This document shows, in pieces, positions 31,684 through 41,424 of a stretch of 64,000 bases of DNA (positions are counted from its first letter, which is position 1; every line of letters begins with the position of its first letter). The notes under the pieces were generated by a model. The model saw only the letters and a list, made by a program, of their open reading frames with translations, was not told the DNA's origin and searched no databases. Source of the DNA: a candidate division WOR-3 bacterium (GTDB lineage Bacteria > Hydrothermota > UBA3072). Where the stretch lies: contig JAFGHJ010000013.1 of the NCBI GenBank assembly GCA_016930175.1, positions 164,745 to 228,744 on the forward strand, given 5' to 3'. The position numbers and the translations under genes were made by a program.

Positions 31684-32373
31684 GTGTATGTAATTATCGG
31701 AGGCGGCGGTCTTCTCGGTACGAATGTAGCCAGGAAGTTGAGTGCTTCAAAACACGACGTTGTGGTTATAGAGGAAAACTCAGAAGTTTGTGAATATATT
31801 TATGAAAGGTTGGGAGTGGTTGCGATTAAGGGAAGCGCTACCGAAATAAGTACTTTGAAAGAAGCGGGTATTGAAAAAGCCGATGTAGTCGTTGCATCTA
31901 TGCGGTCGGACGCAGACAATCTTTCTCTCACCGTTATCGCAAATAGTTATGGTGTCCCGAGGATATACGCAAGAATGAGAGATCCTTCATATAAACCGGT
32001 TTATGAACGGGCGGGAGCAACCGATACCATAGATGTTGTCGAACTCAGCGCCACTCCTCTTGTTTACGAAATAGAAGAACCCGAAGTTTCGATAGTTTAT
32101 ACTTTCAGGGGAGGCAAGGGCGCTATTGCTATCGTTAAGATACCCGAAAAATCTCCTGTCGTAGAGAAAACTATTGCTCAAATAGCTTCTGATGAAAGAT
32201 TTCCTTCGGACTGTCTTATTAACGGTATTTTTAGAAAAGAGGAAGATGAATTCTGTGTGCCCAGAGGAAACCGCAAAATATATGGAGGAGATGAGGTGTT
32301 TATAACAGCATCGCCTGAATCGATTAGAAAAGCTGCTAAGTTTATGGGGGTAAAAAGAAAGATTCGAATTTAG
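31684..32373 (+). CDS. trkA: TrkA/KtrA regulatory subunit (RCK-N + RCK-C)
   Basis: GTG start after AGGAGG; IIGGGGLLG, GSAT..LKEAGI..AD. Confidence 0.9.
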   Translation: MYVIIGGGGLLGTNVARKLSASKHDVVVIEENSEVCEYIYERLGVVAIKGSATEISTLKEAGIEKADVVVASMRSDADNLSLTVIANSYGVPRIYARMRDPSYKPVYERAGATDTIDVVELSATPLVYEIEEPEVSIVYTFRGGKGAIAIVKIPEKSPVVEKTIAQIASDERFPSDCLINGIFRKEEDEFCVPRGNRKIYGGDEVFITASPESIRKAAKFMGVKRKIRI

Positions 32374-33332
32374 TGTTTATATTTCTCGACTAATTCTTCT
32401 AATTCTTTTCTTAATTCTTTCTTGAAAGGTTCTAATTCTTTTTTGACAGTAAATCCGGATGCTGTTCTATGCCCACCGCCGCCATACTTTGCTGCAAGCT
32501 CTTGAACGGGAATATTGTTCTTAGAGCGTAGGGAGACTTTTAATGTACCATCCTCGCGTTCTTTTATAATAGCAGCGGTCTCAATTCCTTTTATTGAAAG
32601 TCCGTAATCGATAAATTCTTCAGTGTCTTCTTCTTTTGCCCTGTGTTTTTCTAACATTTCTTTTGTGACATACATTATACTGATTTTATCATATAGATTC
32701 ATCGTATGCAATACATCACCCAAAAGTTTTATTCTCGCTTCGGGATCTGTAAACCATATAAATTCAGAAACCTGAGAAGCAGTTACGCCATATTCGACGA
32801 GTTCGGAAGCAACCCGTAAGGAATGTGATGTTGTATTCGGATATCGGAAAGCTCCTGTGTCTGTCAATATTCCAATATATAAATATGTGGCGATTTCTTT
32901 ATCCATAGGGATTTCGTTTTTTATTAGTTTATAAATAATTTCCGCTGTTGATGAATAATCCGGTTTTATGAGGTTTATTGTTCCGAATTTTGTGTTTCCG
33001 ATATGATGGTCGATATTTATGGAAGGCTTTGAGAAATCGATGTTTTCTTTTATTTTACCTATACGGTCTATTTCTGCGCAATCAACAAAAATAATTACAT
33101 CTTCTTTAAAGTTCTTCTTTTCTGTCTGTATCAAAGAAGCTTTTGGAAATTTCGAATATCTCTCGGGTGGTGGATCTGAATTGTAAATATAAACCTTTTT
33201 CTCTAGTTTCATTAATGCTAAAGCAAGTGCGATTTCGGACCCAAGTGAATCCCCATCCGGATTTTTATGGGATACAATCAAAAAATTTTGGTTGCTATTT
33301 ATTAATTCAAAAACTTCTTGCCAGATTTTCAA
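32370..33332 (-). CDS. nrnA: DHH-family oligoribonuclease/PAP phosphatase
   Basis: H.NPDGD, NIDHH, TDTG.F, GGGGH. Confidence 0.9.
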   Translation of the reverse strand: MKIWQEVFELINSNQNFLIVSHKNPDGDSLGSEIALALALMKLEKKVYIYNSDPPPERYSKFPKASLIQTEKKNFKEDVIIFVDCAEIDRIGKIKENIDFSKPSINIDHHIGNTKFGTINLIKPDYSSTAEIIYKLIKNEIPMDKEIATYLYIGILTDTGAFRYPNTTSHSLRVASELVEYGVTASQVSEFIWFTDPEARIKLLGDVLHTMNLYDKISIMYVTKEMLEKHRAKEEDTEEFIDYGLSIKGIETAAIIKEREDGTLKVSLRSKNNIPVQELAAKYGGGGHRTASGFTVKKELEPFKKELRKELEELVEKYKH

Positions 33333-33676
33333 TTTGTTTCCTCTCTTTCGTTTTTTAGCAGTTCTTCTATTTTTTGTATTTTTTCTGTGACTGGGCTGAA
33401 TTTAAAAGTGAGTTTAGGTGTATTTTTCATCTTTATACGCCTCGCGAGTTCGTGCTGTATGAAACCACTTGCGTGATTTAAAACATCACTGTTCGATTTC
33501 CCGGATTTTTCTCCGCCGTGCACTGTAAAATAGACGGTTGCGTGCTTTAAATCCGAACTGCTGTCGACAGATGTAATAGTAACAAGACCAAGCCTTGGGT
33601 CATTTACCTCTTTTTCTATAATTTCAGGGACTATTTTCATTATATACGAATTTACTCTTTTCTGTCTCAAAGTCAT
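33329..33676 (-). CDS. rbfA: Ribosome-binding factor A
   Basis: DPRL..VTIT.V..S.DL..A.VYF, TPKLTF. Confidence 0.93.
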   Translation of the reverse strand: MTLRQKRVNSYIMKIVPEIIEKEVNDPRLGLVTITSVDSSSDLKHATVYFTVHGGEKSGKSNSDVLNHASGFIQHELARRIKMKNTPKLTFKFSPVTEKIQKIEELLKNEREETN

Positions 33677-33956
33677 TGTTTATTTTTATACTCCAATCTA
33701 AAATGTTAATATCTCTAAACTCCCTAATCTGGTTTACTATTTTATTAAGCGAAGATTGTAAGAATTTGGAGTCGTTTGATACACCTACAATACCTATTGA
33801 TGCGCGCTGCCATTTATCCAAAAAATCAATTTCGCTTACTCCCACATTAAATTTCGATCGTATTTTACCTTTTATACTGTTAATAACTCTTCTTTTTGAT
33901 TTCAGTGAATTCAATCCCGGAAGGAAAATTTCAACTCTGCCTATGCCGATAAACAT
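33624..33956 (-). CDS. DUF503 (YlxP-like) protein
   Basis: SLKSKRRVI.SI..KFNV.VSE, D.WQR; between infB and rbfA. Confidence 0.9.
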   Translation of the reverse strand: MFIGIGRVEIFLPGLNSLKSKRRVINSIKGKIRSKFNVGVSEIDFLDKWQRASIGIVGVSNDSKFLQSSLNKIVNQIREFRDINILDWSIKINNDFETEKSKFVYNENSP

Positions 33957-33962
33957 TTTACT

Positions 33963-36062
33963 TTAAAGTTTTCTCTCTTTCTCTATGACCTTGTAGCTCT
34001 CTATAATGTCGCCTTCTTTAAAAGAGTCGAAATCCGTGAGCCTTATTCCGCATTCGTATCCTTCTTCTACAGATTTTACGTCCTTATCGAATCTTTTAAG
34101 CGTTGCTATTTTAGTCTTGATTATTTCTTTATTATCTCTGAATAGATAGGCGATGTCGTTATTGTTGACTGCTCCGGAGAGTACAAAACATCCGGCTACT
34201 TTCCCGATAGTCGAGCCTTCGAATATTTTTCTGATTTCTATCTCTCCGCATTTTACTTCTTCTTTTTCAGGTTTAAGTAAACCCAGCATGGCTTTTTTAA
34301 TATCTTCGGTTATTTCGAAAATAACATCGTAAGTTTTTATTTCTACTCCTCTTTTCTTTGCTTCTTCTTTGGCTTGTGGATATGGTTTTACTTTAAACCC
34401 AATAATTATTCCTTCTGATGCCTGAGCAAGCATTACGTCATTTTCATTTATTGGTCCTATACTCGAATGAATAACTTTAATTTGAATTTTTTCCTTTGGT
34501 AAACTTTCGATTAAAATTTTTAGAGCATCAACTGAGCCGGCATCATCACCTTTTATTACTAATTTCAAAAATTCTTTTTCGTCTTCTTTTATCTTTTCAT
34601 AAAGATTTGAAAGACTTATTGTTTCTTTTTCTTTTTTTTCTTCCTTAAAACTTTTTCTTTCCTCGGAGATATCTCTTGCTGTTTTCGTATTTTTAACCAC
34701 TTTGAAGATGTCCCCGGTTTTAGGTAAAGATTCAAACTGAGATATCTGTACGGCTTGCGAAACCCCGGCGGTTTTTAATCTTTTGTCGTTTTCGTCGAGA
34801 ATTAATCGGACTTTTCCTGAAGTTGAACCCGCGACAAATGAATCCCCGATTTTTATTTCGCCTTCTTTTACTACTACAGTCGCCACATTACCTATTCCTT
34901 TCTTGATGCGAGTTTCAAGTATTATACCGATTCCCGGTCCTTCTAAAGGGGCTCTTAGATTTAAATCTTCGGATTGCAGAATAATTGCGTCCAACAATTC
35001 ATCTATACCTTCGCCTTTTAATGCTGATATTCTTACCGCGATTACATTTCCGCCGTATTCGTGAGCTACTACTTCTTTTTCGGCTAGATCTGCCAGTACT
35101 TTAGACGGATTGGCGGAAGACAGGTCGATTTTGTTTATAGCTACAATAATTGGTGCATTTGCAGCTTTAGCGTGATTTATTGCTTCAATTGTTTGGGATT
35201 TTACTCCTTCATTAGCGGCTACTACCAGTACGACAATGTCGGTGACGTTGGCACCTCTGGCTCTCATGGAAGTGAAAGCTTCGTGTCCCGGCGTATCAAT
35301 GAATGTTATCTTATGGCTATTGTAGTTAATATGATATGCTCCGATCTTCTGAGTAATTCCGCCTGACTCTTGCTTGGCTACCTGTGTTTTTCTTATGTAA
35401 TCGAGCAGTGTTGTCTTACCGTGATCTACATGTCCCATAATAGTTACAACAGGGGATTTTTTTTGTAGCTTGTATGTTTCTCTTCTTATTTTTGGAACCT
35501 CGATGGGTTCATGTAGTTTTACTTTAAATCCGAATTCTTCCGCTATGAGATGTGTGGTGTCAAAATCCAGATTTTGATTTATGGTAGCCTGAATGCCGAG
35601 TTTAAGGCATGCGTTAATAATCTCGCTTGCCGATATGCTCATTTTTTTGGATAATTCTTTAATGGAATTTGTTTTGCCAACTTCTATTAAATTGTGTTTT
35701 TCCTTTGTTATTTCTTTTTTTTCTTCTGGCTTTTTTTTCGCTTCTTCTTTTTTTAATTTTTTTGGCTTGATTTCTTTCGGTGCTTTTTTCTTGCGTGTTG
35801 TTTTCTTCTTTCTTTTTTCGTCTTTTACTTTCTTCTCTTTTTTCGTTTTTGGAGCCTTCTTTGGTTTAGCACTTGATTTCTTTTTTGTTTTACCCTGGAG
35901 TCCCTTTTTTGCTTTGTCGGCTTCGTTTTTAGTTATTGAAGAAAGAACGGATTTTACTTTGATACCTTCTTTTTTCAAAAAATCAAGAATTTCGTCGTTT
36001 GTAACGTCCAATTCTTTCGCCAACTCGTATATTCGTATTTTTCCCTCTTCCTTCTTTGTCAT
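33963..36062 (-). CDS. infB: Translation initiation factor IF-2
   Basis: [30 protein letters not shown]. Confidence 0.98.
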   Translation of the reverse strand: MTKKEEGKIRIYELAKELDVTNDEILDFLKKEGIKVKSVLSSITKNEADKAKKGLQGKTKKKSSAKPKKAPKTKKEKKVKDEKRKKKTTRKKKAPKEIKPKKLKKEEAKKKPEEKKEITKEKHNLIEVGKTNSIKELSKKMSISASEIINACLKLGIQATINQNLDFDTTHLIAEEFGFKVKLHEPIEVPKIRRETYKLQKKSPVVTIMGHVDHGKTTLLDYIRKTQVAKQESGGITQKIGAYHINYNSHKITFIDTPGHEAFTSMRARGANVTDIVVLVVAANEGVKSQTIEAINHAKAANAPIIVAINKIDLSSANPSKVLADLAEKEVVAHEYGGNVIAVRISALKGEGIDELLDAIILQSEDLNLRAPLEGPGIGIILETRIKKGIGNVATVVVKEGEIKIGDSFVAGSTSGKVRLILDENDKRLKTAGVSQAVQISQFESLPKTGDIFKVVKNTKTARDISEERKSFKEEKKEKETISLSNLYEKIKEDEKEFLKLVIKGDDAGSVDALKILIESLPKEKIQIKVIHSSIGPINENDVMLAQASEGIIIGFKVKPYPQAKEEAKKRGVEIKTYDVIFEITEDIKKAMLGLLKPEKEEVKCGEIEIRKIFEGSTIGKVAGCFVLSGAVNNNDIAYLFRDNKEIIKTKIATLKRFDKDVKSVEEGYECGIRLTDFDSFKEGDIIESYKVIEKERKL

Positions 36063-36063
36063 G

Positions 36064-37338
36064 TCACTCCTTGTTTATTCTGGCATGAATAGATTTGTGT
36101 ATCGCCTCTAATTTCTTTTTTCCAATTCCTTTGATTTTGGATAATTCTTCGTCGTTCTTTGATAATATATCCTGAGCATTTTTAAAACCGGCTTTTTTCA
36201 GAATTTTTTTAATATGGTCACTTAAATCCAAATCATCTGTAGTAATTTTGCTTCTTTCTTCGTCTTCTTTTTCTTTTCTGTATTCGCTTTTAACTTTTAT
36301 CTCAATTTTAACATGTGTAAGTTCTGACGCCAGAGAAACATTTTCTCCCAACTTTCCAATGGCTCCGGTCAATTCATCATCCGGGACAATACATAAAACT
36401 CTATTTTTATCAATTTTCTTGGATTCTAAGACTTTTACCGGAGAAAGAGCTTTTTCAGCATATTTTGCTTTATCCTTTTTCCAATGTACAACGTCAACGC
36501 GTTCACCGGAAAGTTCCCTTACAATTGATTTTATTCTACTTCCTTTATGCCCTACGCATGAACCTACCGCATCAACTTTCTCGTTCTGGGAATAAACGGA
36601 TACTTTAGCACGAACTCCTGGTTTTCTTGCGATGTCTTTAATTTCAACTTTTGAGTGCAGTACTTCCGGTATTTCAAATTCAAGCAGCCTCGCTACAAAT
36701 TCCGGTTGGATTCTGGAGAGGTAAACAATCGGTCCCTTTATTCTTATTCTTTCTTCGTCCCCATCTTCAGGTGTTTGAGTTATATTTTTTATAAGAGCTT
36801 TTATTTGTGAACCCCTCCTTAGGCGTTCATTTGGTATTTGTTCTTCTCTAGGCAGGAAAGCTTCAATATCTCCAATCTTGATATATGAACCTGTCGAATA
36901 AATTCTAGAAACGGTTCCGGAGACCAATTCCCCTTTTCTGTTTTTGTATTTCTCGTAAAGCATTTCCTTCTCGTTTGTTTTAATTCGCTGAATCAGAGTA
37001 TTTTTCACAATATTTATTGCATTTCTTCCGAATTCATCGACTGGTATTTCTTCTTTGAAGACTGAACCTATTTCTATTGTGGGTTTTATTTTTCTGGCTT
37101 CCTTAAGGGAAATTTCTATGTCGGCGTCAGTAACAGTTTCTGTCACTGTTTTCTTAAGAAAAAGTTTTATGTTTCCCGAAGCTTCAGATATTTCGCAGCC
37201 GAGATTTTCAGATCGGCCGTATCTTTTTTTCGCTGCAGTAATTAAACTTTCCTTAAGGGTTTCTAGTACAAAGTCTTTCCCTAAATCTCTTTCTGCCGCC
37301 AGTTCCGTTAACATTGCCACTATGCTCTTATTAATCAT
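36064..37338 (-). CDS. nusA: Transcription termination factor NusA
   Basis: FGR, S1 and KH domains (EIPE, AR.PG.R.K, G.CVG..GSR), C-terminal HhH. Confidence 0.96.
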   Translation of the reverse strand: MINKSIVAMLTELAAERDLGKDFVLETLKESLITAAKKRYGRSENLGCEISEASGNIKLFLKKTVTETVTDADIEISLKEARKIKPTIEIGSVFKEEIPVDEFGRNAINIVKNTLIQRIKTNEKEMLYEKYKNRKGELVSGTVSRIYSTGSYIKIGDIEAFLPREEQIPNERLRRGSQIKALIKNITQTPEDGDEERIRIKGPIVYLSRIQPEFVARLLEFEIPEVLHSKVEIKDIARKPGVRAKVSVYSQNEKVDAVGSCVGHKGSRIKSIVRELSGERVDVVHWKKDKAKYAEKALSPVKVLESKKIDKNRVLCIVPDDELTGAIGKLGENVSLASELTHVKIEIKVKSEYRKEKEDEERSKITTDDLDLSDHIKKILKKAGFKNAQDILSKNDEELSKIKGIGKKKLEAIHKSIHARINKE

Positions 37339-37607
37339 CTTACCGCCTTTTTTTCAACTCCGGGAGAGGAAACTTCAAGTCTGTAAGACCCGGTGATTAA
37401 ATCGCAAACTTCTAGATGAATTCTTACTTTTTGCGAAATATGTACGCAGTCGTCGATTGTAATACCTCCGGGTTTATCGACAAAGATTTTAAGAAGTTTT
37501 ATTCCATTGTTGTTTTTTATTTCCAATCCCATAAGAGAAAAATCCTTTTTCATGCTCGAAAGCACAAAATTTATTTTTTCTTTCAATCTTTCTTTAGTTC
37601 CTTTCAT
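37335..37607 (-). CDS. rimP: Ribosome maturation factor RimP, N-terminal domain only (90 aa)
   Basis: IFVDKPGGITIDDC, Y.LEVSSPG; first gene of the nusA operon. Confidence 0.85.
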   Translation of the reverse strand: MKGTKERLKEKINFVLSSMKKDFSLMGLEIKNNNGIKLLKIFVDKPGGITIDDCVHISQKVRIHLEVCDLITGSYRLEVSSPGVEKKAVR

Positions 37608-37640
37608 ATATTAAACTCTAATTTTATTATTATTTCACAT

Positions 37641-37684
37641 AATAAAGATGGGTAGACCCACCTTTATTTGCGCATCCACCCATT
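37641..37684 (-). promoter_or_regulatory. rimP leader hairpin
   Basis: Minus strand AATAAAGGTGGG-TCTA-CCCATCTTTATT 12-bp stem, 33 nt upstream of the rimP start. Confidence 0.65.
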
Positions 37685-37730
37685 TTCTTATGGTAATTTA
37701 CACAAATCTTTACATAATGCAACCCCATAT

Positions 37731-37772
37731 AATTGGAGATTGAATATTGTAAATTGGAAATTTTAAAATTGG
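37731..37772. repeat. Degenerate heptamer tandem run
   Basis: AATTGGA-GATTGAA-TATTGTA-AATTGGA-AATTTTA-AAATTGG. Confidence 0.6.
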
Positions 37773-37792
37773 TTAAATTTGGGTTTGCATTC

Positions 37793-37820
37793 TTGACAAA
37801 AGCATTGTGAAGGTTATATT
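37793..37820 (+). promoter_or_regulatory. Sigma70 promoter for lysA
   Basis: TTGACA-16-TATATT. Confidence 0.5.
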
Positions 37821-37828
37821 ACAACGCT

Positions 37829-39028
37829 ATGTTTAAAAGAATTTTGAAGGATTTAAAAGAAATAAAAACACCCTATTATATATACGATAGCAGGGTAATA
37901 GAGAAAAGGGCCGAAATTCTTCGGGATAATTTTTCGGATTTTGCCGATTTGTTTTTTGCAGTAAAAGCAAATACGTCTATTTCTATTCTGAAAATTATAA
38001 AAGGGCAGGATATTGGCGCAGAAGTGGTATCGCCTGGCGAGATTTTTATAGCTCTAAAATCGGGAATTGCTCCGGAGAAGATTCTTTATGATAGCCTTGC
38101 CAGGAAAGAAGAAGAGATAGAATATGCTATTGATAATAGAATAGAGTTTTTCAACTTTGAATCTCTTGATCAGGCAGTTCTCCTCGATAATTGCGCAAAA
38201 AACTCAAAGTTAAAAATTAAAGCGTTTGTAAGAATGAATCCGGGAATATTTCCTAAAACGCATTCACATCTTTCTACAGGTTCTTCCTGGAGTAAATTTG
38301 GAATTGCCTTGCGAGATTTGGATAAGTTATATGATATTGCAAAAGATTTTAAATCAATTGAACTTGTTGGGGTGCATTATCATATTGGTTCGCAGTTGCT
38401 TACTCCGGAGCCTTATTTTGAAGCTCTGAAAAAGATAGAAAGTACAGTAGAATTTTTTATTGAAAAGGGTTTAAAAATAAAATATGTAAACCTTGGCGGT
38501 GGTTTTGGAATTCCTTATAAGAAAGAGGAGAAAAGATTCGAGCCCGGCAATCTTAAGGAAACTTACAGAGAAATTTCCGGTAAATATGGAGTGCGTGTAT
38601 TCCTTGAGCTGGGTAGATTTTTAGTCGCGGAATCGGGATTTATTATTACAAAAGTTCTGGATGTAAAAGATAGAGAGGGGATTCCTCTTTACGTGGTTGA
38701 TTCGGGTATGAACGATAATCCCCGCCCTGCGATATATGATGCTTACCATCATATCGAACCTCTTTTTGAAAAATCGGGTGACAAAATAAAATCCCGAGTC
38801 GTTGGACCTATTTGTGAGAATTCGGATGAATTTGGCGCTTATGAGCTTCCTTCTCTTAAGATAGGAGATTTGCTAATTATTTACAACTGCGGCGCTTATA
38901 CAAGAACTATGGCGTCTAATTATAACGGCAGACTTTTGCCTGCCGAGTATTTGTACGACGGTCACGAACTAAGGCAGATTAGAGAAAGGCAAAAGTTAGA
39001 AGGATTGATAACAAACGAAAAATTGTAA
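37829..39028 (+). CDS. lysA: Diaminopimelate decarboxylase
   Basis: TPYYIYD, FAVKAN (PLP lysine), SKFG, HIGSQ, GGGFG, GPICENSD, GAY...SNYN. Confidence 0.95.
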   Translation: MFKRILKDLKEIKTPYYIYDSRVIEKRAEILRDNFSDFADLFFAVKANTSISILKIIKGQDIGAEVVSPGEIFIALKSGIAPEKILYDSLARKEEEIEYAIDNRIEFFNFESLDQAVLLDNCAKNSKLKIKAFVRMNPGIFPKTHSHLSTGSSWSKFGIALRDLDKLYDIAKDFKSIELVGVHYHIGSQLLTPEPYFEALKKIESTVEFFIEKGLKIKYVNLGGGFGIPYKKEEKRFEPGNLKETYREISGKYGVRVFLELGRFLVAESGFIITKVLDVKDREGIPLYVVDSGMNDNPRPAIYDAYHHIEPLFEKSGDKIKSRVVGPICENSDEFGAYELPSLKIGDLLIIYNCGAYTRTMASNYNGRLLPAEYLYDGHELRQIRERQKLEGLITNEKL

Positions 39029-39033
39029 AATAG

Positions 39034-39188
39034 GACGCAGATGAACGCAGATTTACAGGATTTTTTATTTGTTGTTTTGACTCTCTAACTTCCTAACCTT
39101 CTAACGTCCTAACTATGGTAATAGCCACAGATTCCCGCAGATTTTTTTGTTTTTTTTATTCGATGATTCAACAATTCAACTTTTCAAC
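39034..39188 (+). repeat. Modular repeat cluster (CAC/CGC on + strand)
   Basis: ACGCAGATGAACGCAGATTTACAGGAT, TCTCTAAC-TTCCTAAC-CTTCTAAC-GTCCTAAC, TAGCCACAGATTCCCGCAGAT, ATTCAAC octamers. Confidence 0.85.
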
Positions 39189-39200
39189 GTAAAGAAATGC

Positions 39201-39230
39201 TTGACAAAGTGTCTTTAATGTTTATATCAT
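39201..39230 (+). promoter_or_regulatory. Sigma70 promoter for pyk
   Basis: TTGACA-18-TATCAT. Confidence 0.5.
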
Positions 39231-39248
39231 ATATACTAGGAAGAAATA

Positions 39249-40688
39249 ATGAGAAAGACTAAAATAATTGCAACTATCGGACCTTCGTCCGAAGACAAAA
39301 AAGTGATTAAAGATATGGTAAAAAGCGGACTTAATATTGCCAGGCTTAATTTTTCTCATAGAACACAGGAACAGGCTAAAACAACTTATAAAAACTTAAG
39401 AAAAGTTGTACCTCATGTAGGAATAATGATGGATACTCAGGGTCCTGAAGTTAGGCTTGGTAGAATAAAGGAAGGTATCGAGTTATTAAGAGGAAGCGAA
39501 GTCGAGCTTATTAAAGGAGATATTCTGGGGGATGAGAAAAAACTGCCTGTCGATTATCCCGGATTGTTTGATTATTTGAAAGGAAACGATACAATTATTA
39601 TGTCTGACGGTAGTTTAGAGCTAAGGGTGGAGAAAAATTCTGGTTCTTCTGTGAAATGCAGAGTGATTTATGGGGGGAAAATATCTTCTAAGAAATCTGT
39701 CAATATACCCGGTAAGGATATAGGTTTATTTGCCCCCACAAAGAAGGATCTGGAAAATATTAAATTTGGAGCCAAACTGGGTTTTGATTTTGTAGCGGCT
39801 TCTTTTGTTAAAAGTGCGGAAGATATAAGGAAAATAAGAGCAGTTTTGAGAAAGGAAAAATCCAGTATGAAAATCATCGCTAAAATAGAACATATAAAAG
39901 CAGTAAAAAATCTGGATGAAATCCTTGAGGTTTCAGATGCTGTTATGATAGCAAGAGGAGACCTTGGAGTTGAAGTTCCTGCTTCGGATGTTCCTCTTTT
40001 GCAAAAAACCATAATACGAAAATGTCTGGAGTGCGAGAAACCGGTTATTGTTGCCACTCAAATGTTGATGTCTATGACCGAACATCCTAGGGCAACAAGG
40101 GCTGAAGTTTCCGATGTTGCCAATGCTGTAGAAGACGGTGCGGACGCGGTTATGTTGTCTGAGGAAACTGCGGTCGGCAAATATCCTGTAAAGTCTGTTC
40201 AATTTATGGCAGAAACAATTCAGAAGATGGAAGAATACTTACGTGGTAGGTTGCCGGAAGCCTTGAAATCGGGCAAAAATGAAATAGCCGATATTATAGC
40301 AAAGAATGTATGGCAGGCTGCGAGAGATAGCTCGGCTAAGTTTATAATAGCGCATACTTCTTCCGGTTATACAGCGAGAAAAATAGCAAAATTCAGACCG
40401 GATATCGATATACTTGCTTTTACAGACAAAGAAATTATCGGTAGACAGATGAATCTTATAAGGGGTGTAAGGCCTTTTTTAGCTAAATTTTATAAACATG
40501 TCGATGATATGCTGTGTGATTCCGCGGAGTTCTTGTATAAAAAAGGATTGGTTAATAAAGAAGATATTGTTATTTTGACGGCAGGAGAACCTGTTGCGGT
40601 TTCCGGAAGCACAAATATGATGGAAATCAGAAAAGTTAAATCTCTCTTGGAACAAAGAAAAAGTTCTCTTGGTAAAAAGAGGAAATAG
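39249..40688 (+). CDS. pyk: Pyruvate kinase
   Basis: RKTKIIATIGP, RLNFSH, IAKIE, ARGDLGVE, ATQML.SM, AVMLSEETA. Confidence 0.97.
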   Translation: MRKTKIIATIGPSSEDKKVIKDMVKSGLNIARLNFSHRTQEQAKTTYKNLRKVVPHVGIMMDTQGPEVRLGRIKEGIELLRGSEVELIKGDILGDEKKLPVDYPGLFDYLKGNDTIIMSDGSLELRVEKNSGSSVKCRVIYGGKISSKKSVNIPGKDIGLFAPTKKDLENIKFGAKLGFDFVAASFVKSAEDIRKIRAVLRKEKSSMKIIAKIEHIKAVKNLDEILEVSDAVMIARGDLGVEVPASDVPLLQKTIIRKCLECEKPVIVATQMLMSMTEHPRATRAEVSDVANAVEDGADAVMLSEETAVGKYPVKSVQFMAETIQKMEEYLRGRLPEALKSGKNEIADIIAKNVWQAARDSSAKFIIAHTSSGYTARKIAKFRPDIDILAFTDKEIIGRQMNLIRGVRPFLAKFYKHVDDMLCDSAEFLYKKGLVNKEDIVILTAGEPVAVSGSTNMMEIRKVKSLLEQRKSSLGKKRK

Positions 40689-41178
40689 TAAAACTTTATT
40701 CTGGAATCAAATTAAATCTCCTATCGGGAATGTGTTTTTTGTTTGGAAAAAAGAAGGTATTCTGATGGTAAGTTTCATTGAAGGAGATTATTCAGAAAAA
40801 TTATCTGATTTTATCAGGAAGGATTTTACTATAATACGTGCCGATTCTCCCGTCGGAGATCAATTGAAAGAATATTTTGAAGGTGTGCGCAGAAAATTTG
40901 ATCTTAATTTGGTAATTAACGGAACTCGATATCAGCAGAAAGTATGGAAAGAGTTATTAAAGGTGCCTTACGGAGAAACTATCTCTTATGGTGAACTTGC
41001 GAGAAAAGTCGGCAATCCGCGTGGAGCACGAAGTGTTGGTATGGCTGTGCATTTTAATCCCATCGGAATAATTATTCCCTGTCATCGGGTAATAATGAGT
41101 TCCGGTGAAATCGGAGGATACGCAAGCGGAGTTCATATAAAGAAGTGGCTGCTTCTTCATGAGAAATCCTGCGGATGA
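40669..41178 (+). CDS. ogt: Methylated-DNA--protein-cysteine methyltransferase
   Basis: VPYGETISYGELA, IPCHRV. Confidence 0.93.
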   Translation: MVKRGNSKTLFWNQIKSPIGNVFFVWKKEGILMVSFIEGDYSEKLSDFIRKDFTIIRADSPVGDQLKEYFEGVRRKFDLNLVINGTRYQQKVWKELLKVPYGETISYGELARKVGNPRGARSVGMAVHFNPIGIIIPCHRVIMSSGEIGGYASGVHIKKWLLLHEKSCG

Positions 41179-41189
41179 TATCCTTCGGA

Positions 41190-41380
41190 TTGGTTAAGTA
41201 GTTAATTTGTTATTGGTTGAGTAGAAAAAGCAATAAAAAACTTTGTGTCTTAGTGTTTTTTTGGTTAATACTTTGGTTGGAGACTTAGGAAGTTAGAAAG
41301 TTAAGACAATAAAATCTCTGTTTTCTCAATGTGTTTTTCTTTTTATCTGTGTCCTCTGTGTTAAAGAGGGGGTGGGGTGG
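41190..41380 (-). repeat. Modular repeat cluster (CAC on - strand)
   Basis: GTTAA octamers, CTTTGTGTCTTAGTG, GTTAG octamers, TCTGTGTCCTCTGTGTTAA, G-tract. Confidence 0.85.
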
Positions 41381-41389
41381 TTTTCTCGA

Positions 41390-41418
41390 CTTGACTGTTT
41401 AGGGTAAACAATTATAAT
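41390..41418 (+). promoter_or_regulatory. Sigma70 promoter with palindromic spacer (TGTTTA-N3-TAAACA)
   Basis: TTGACT-16-TATAAT; ends 6 nt before the ATG, so the transcript is probably leaderless. Confidence 0.65.
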
Positions 41419-41424
41419 TATTAT

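Noticed and set aside
35593-36111. 172-aa antisense ORF over infB (and similar shadow ORFs elsewhere)
   Set aside because: Phe-rich mirror of the Lys-rich IF-2 linker; shadow frame.
41366-41380. G-quadruplex at the G-tracts of repeat clusters
   Set aside because: Fewer than four G3 runs within each tract.
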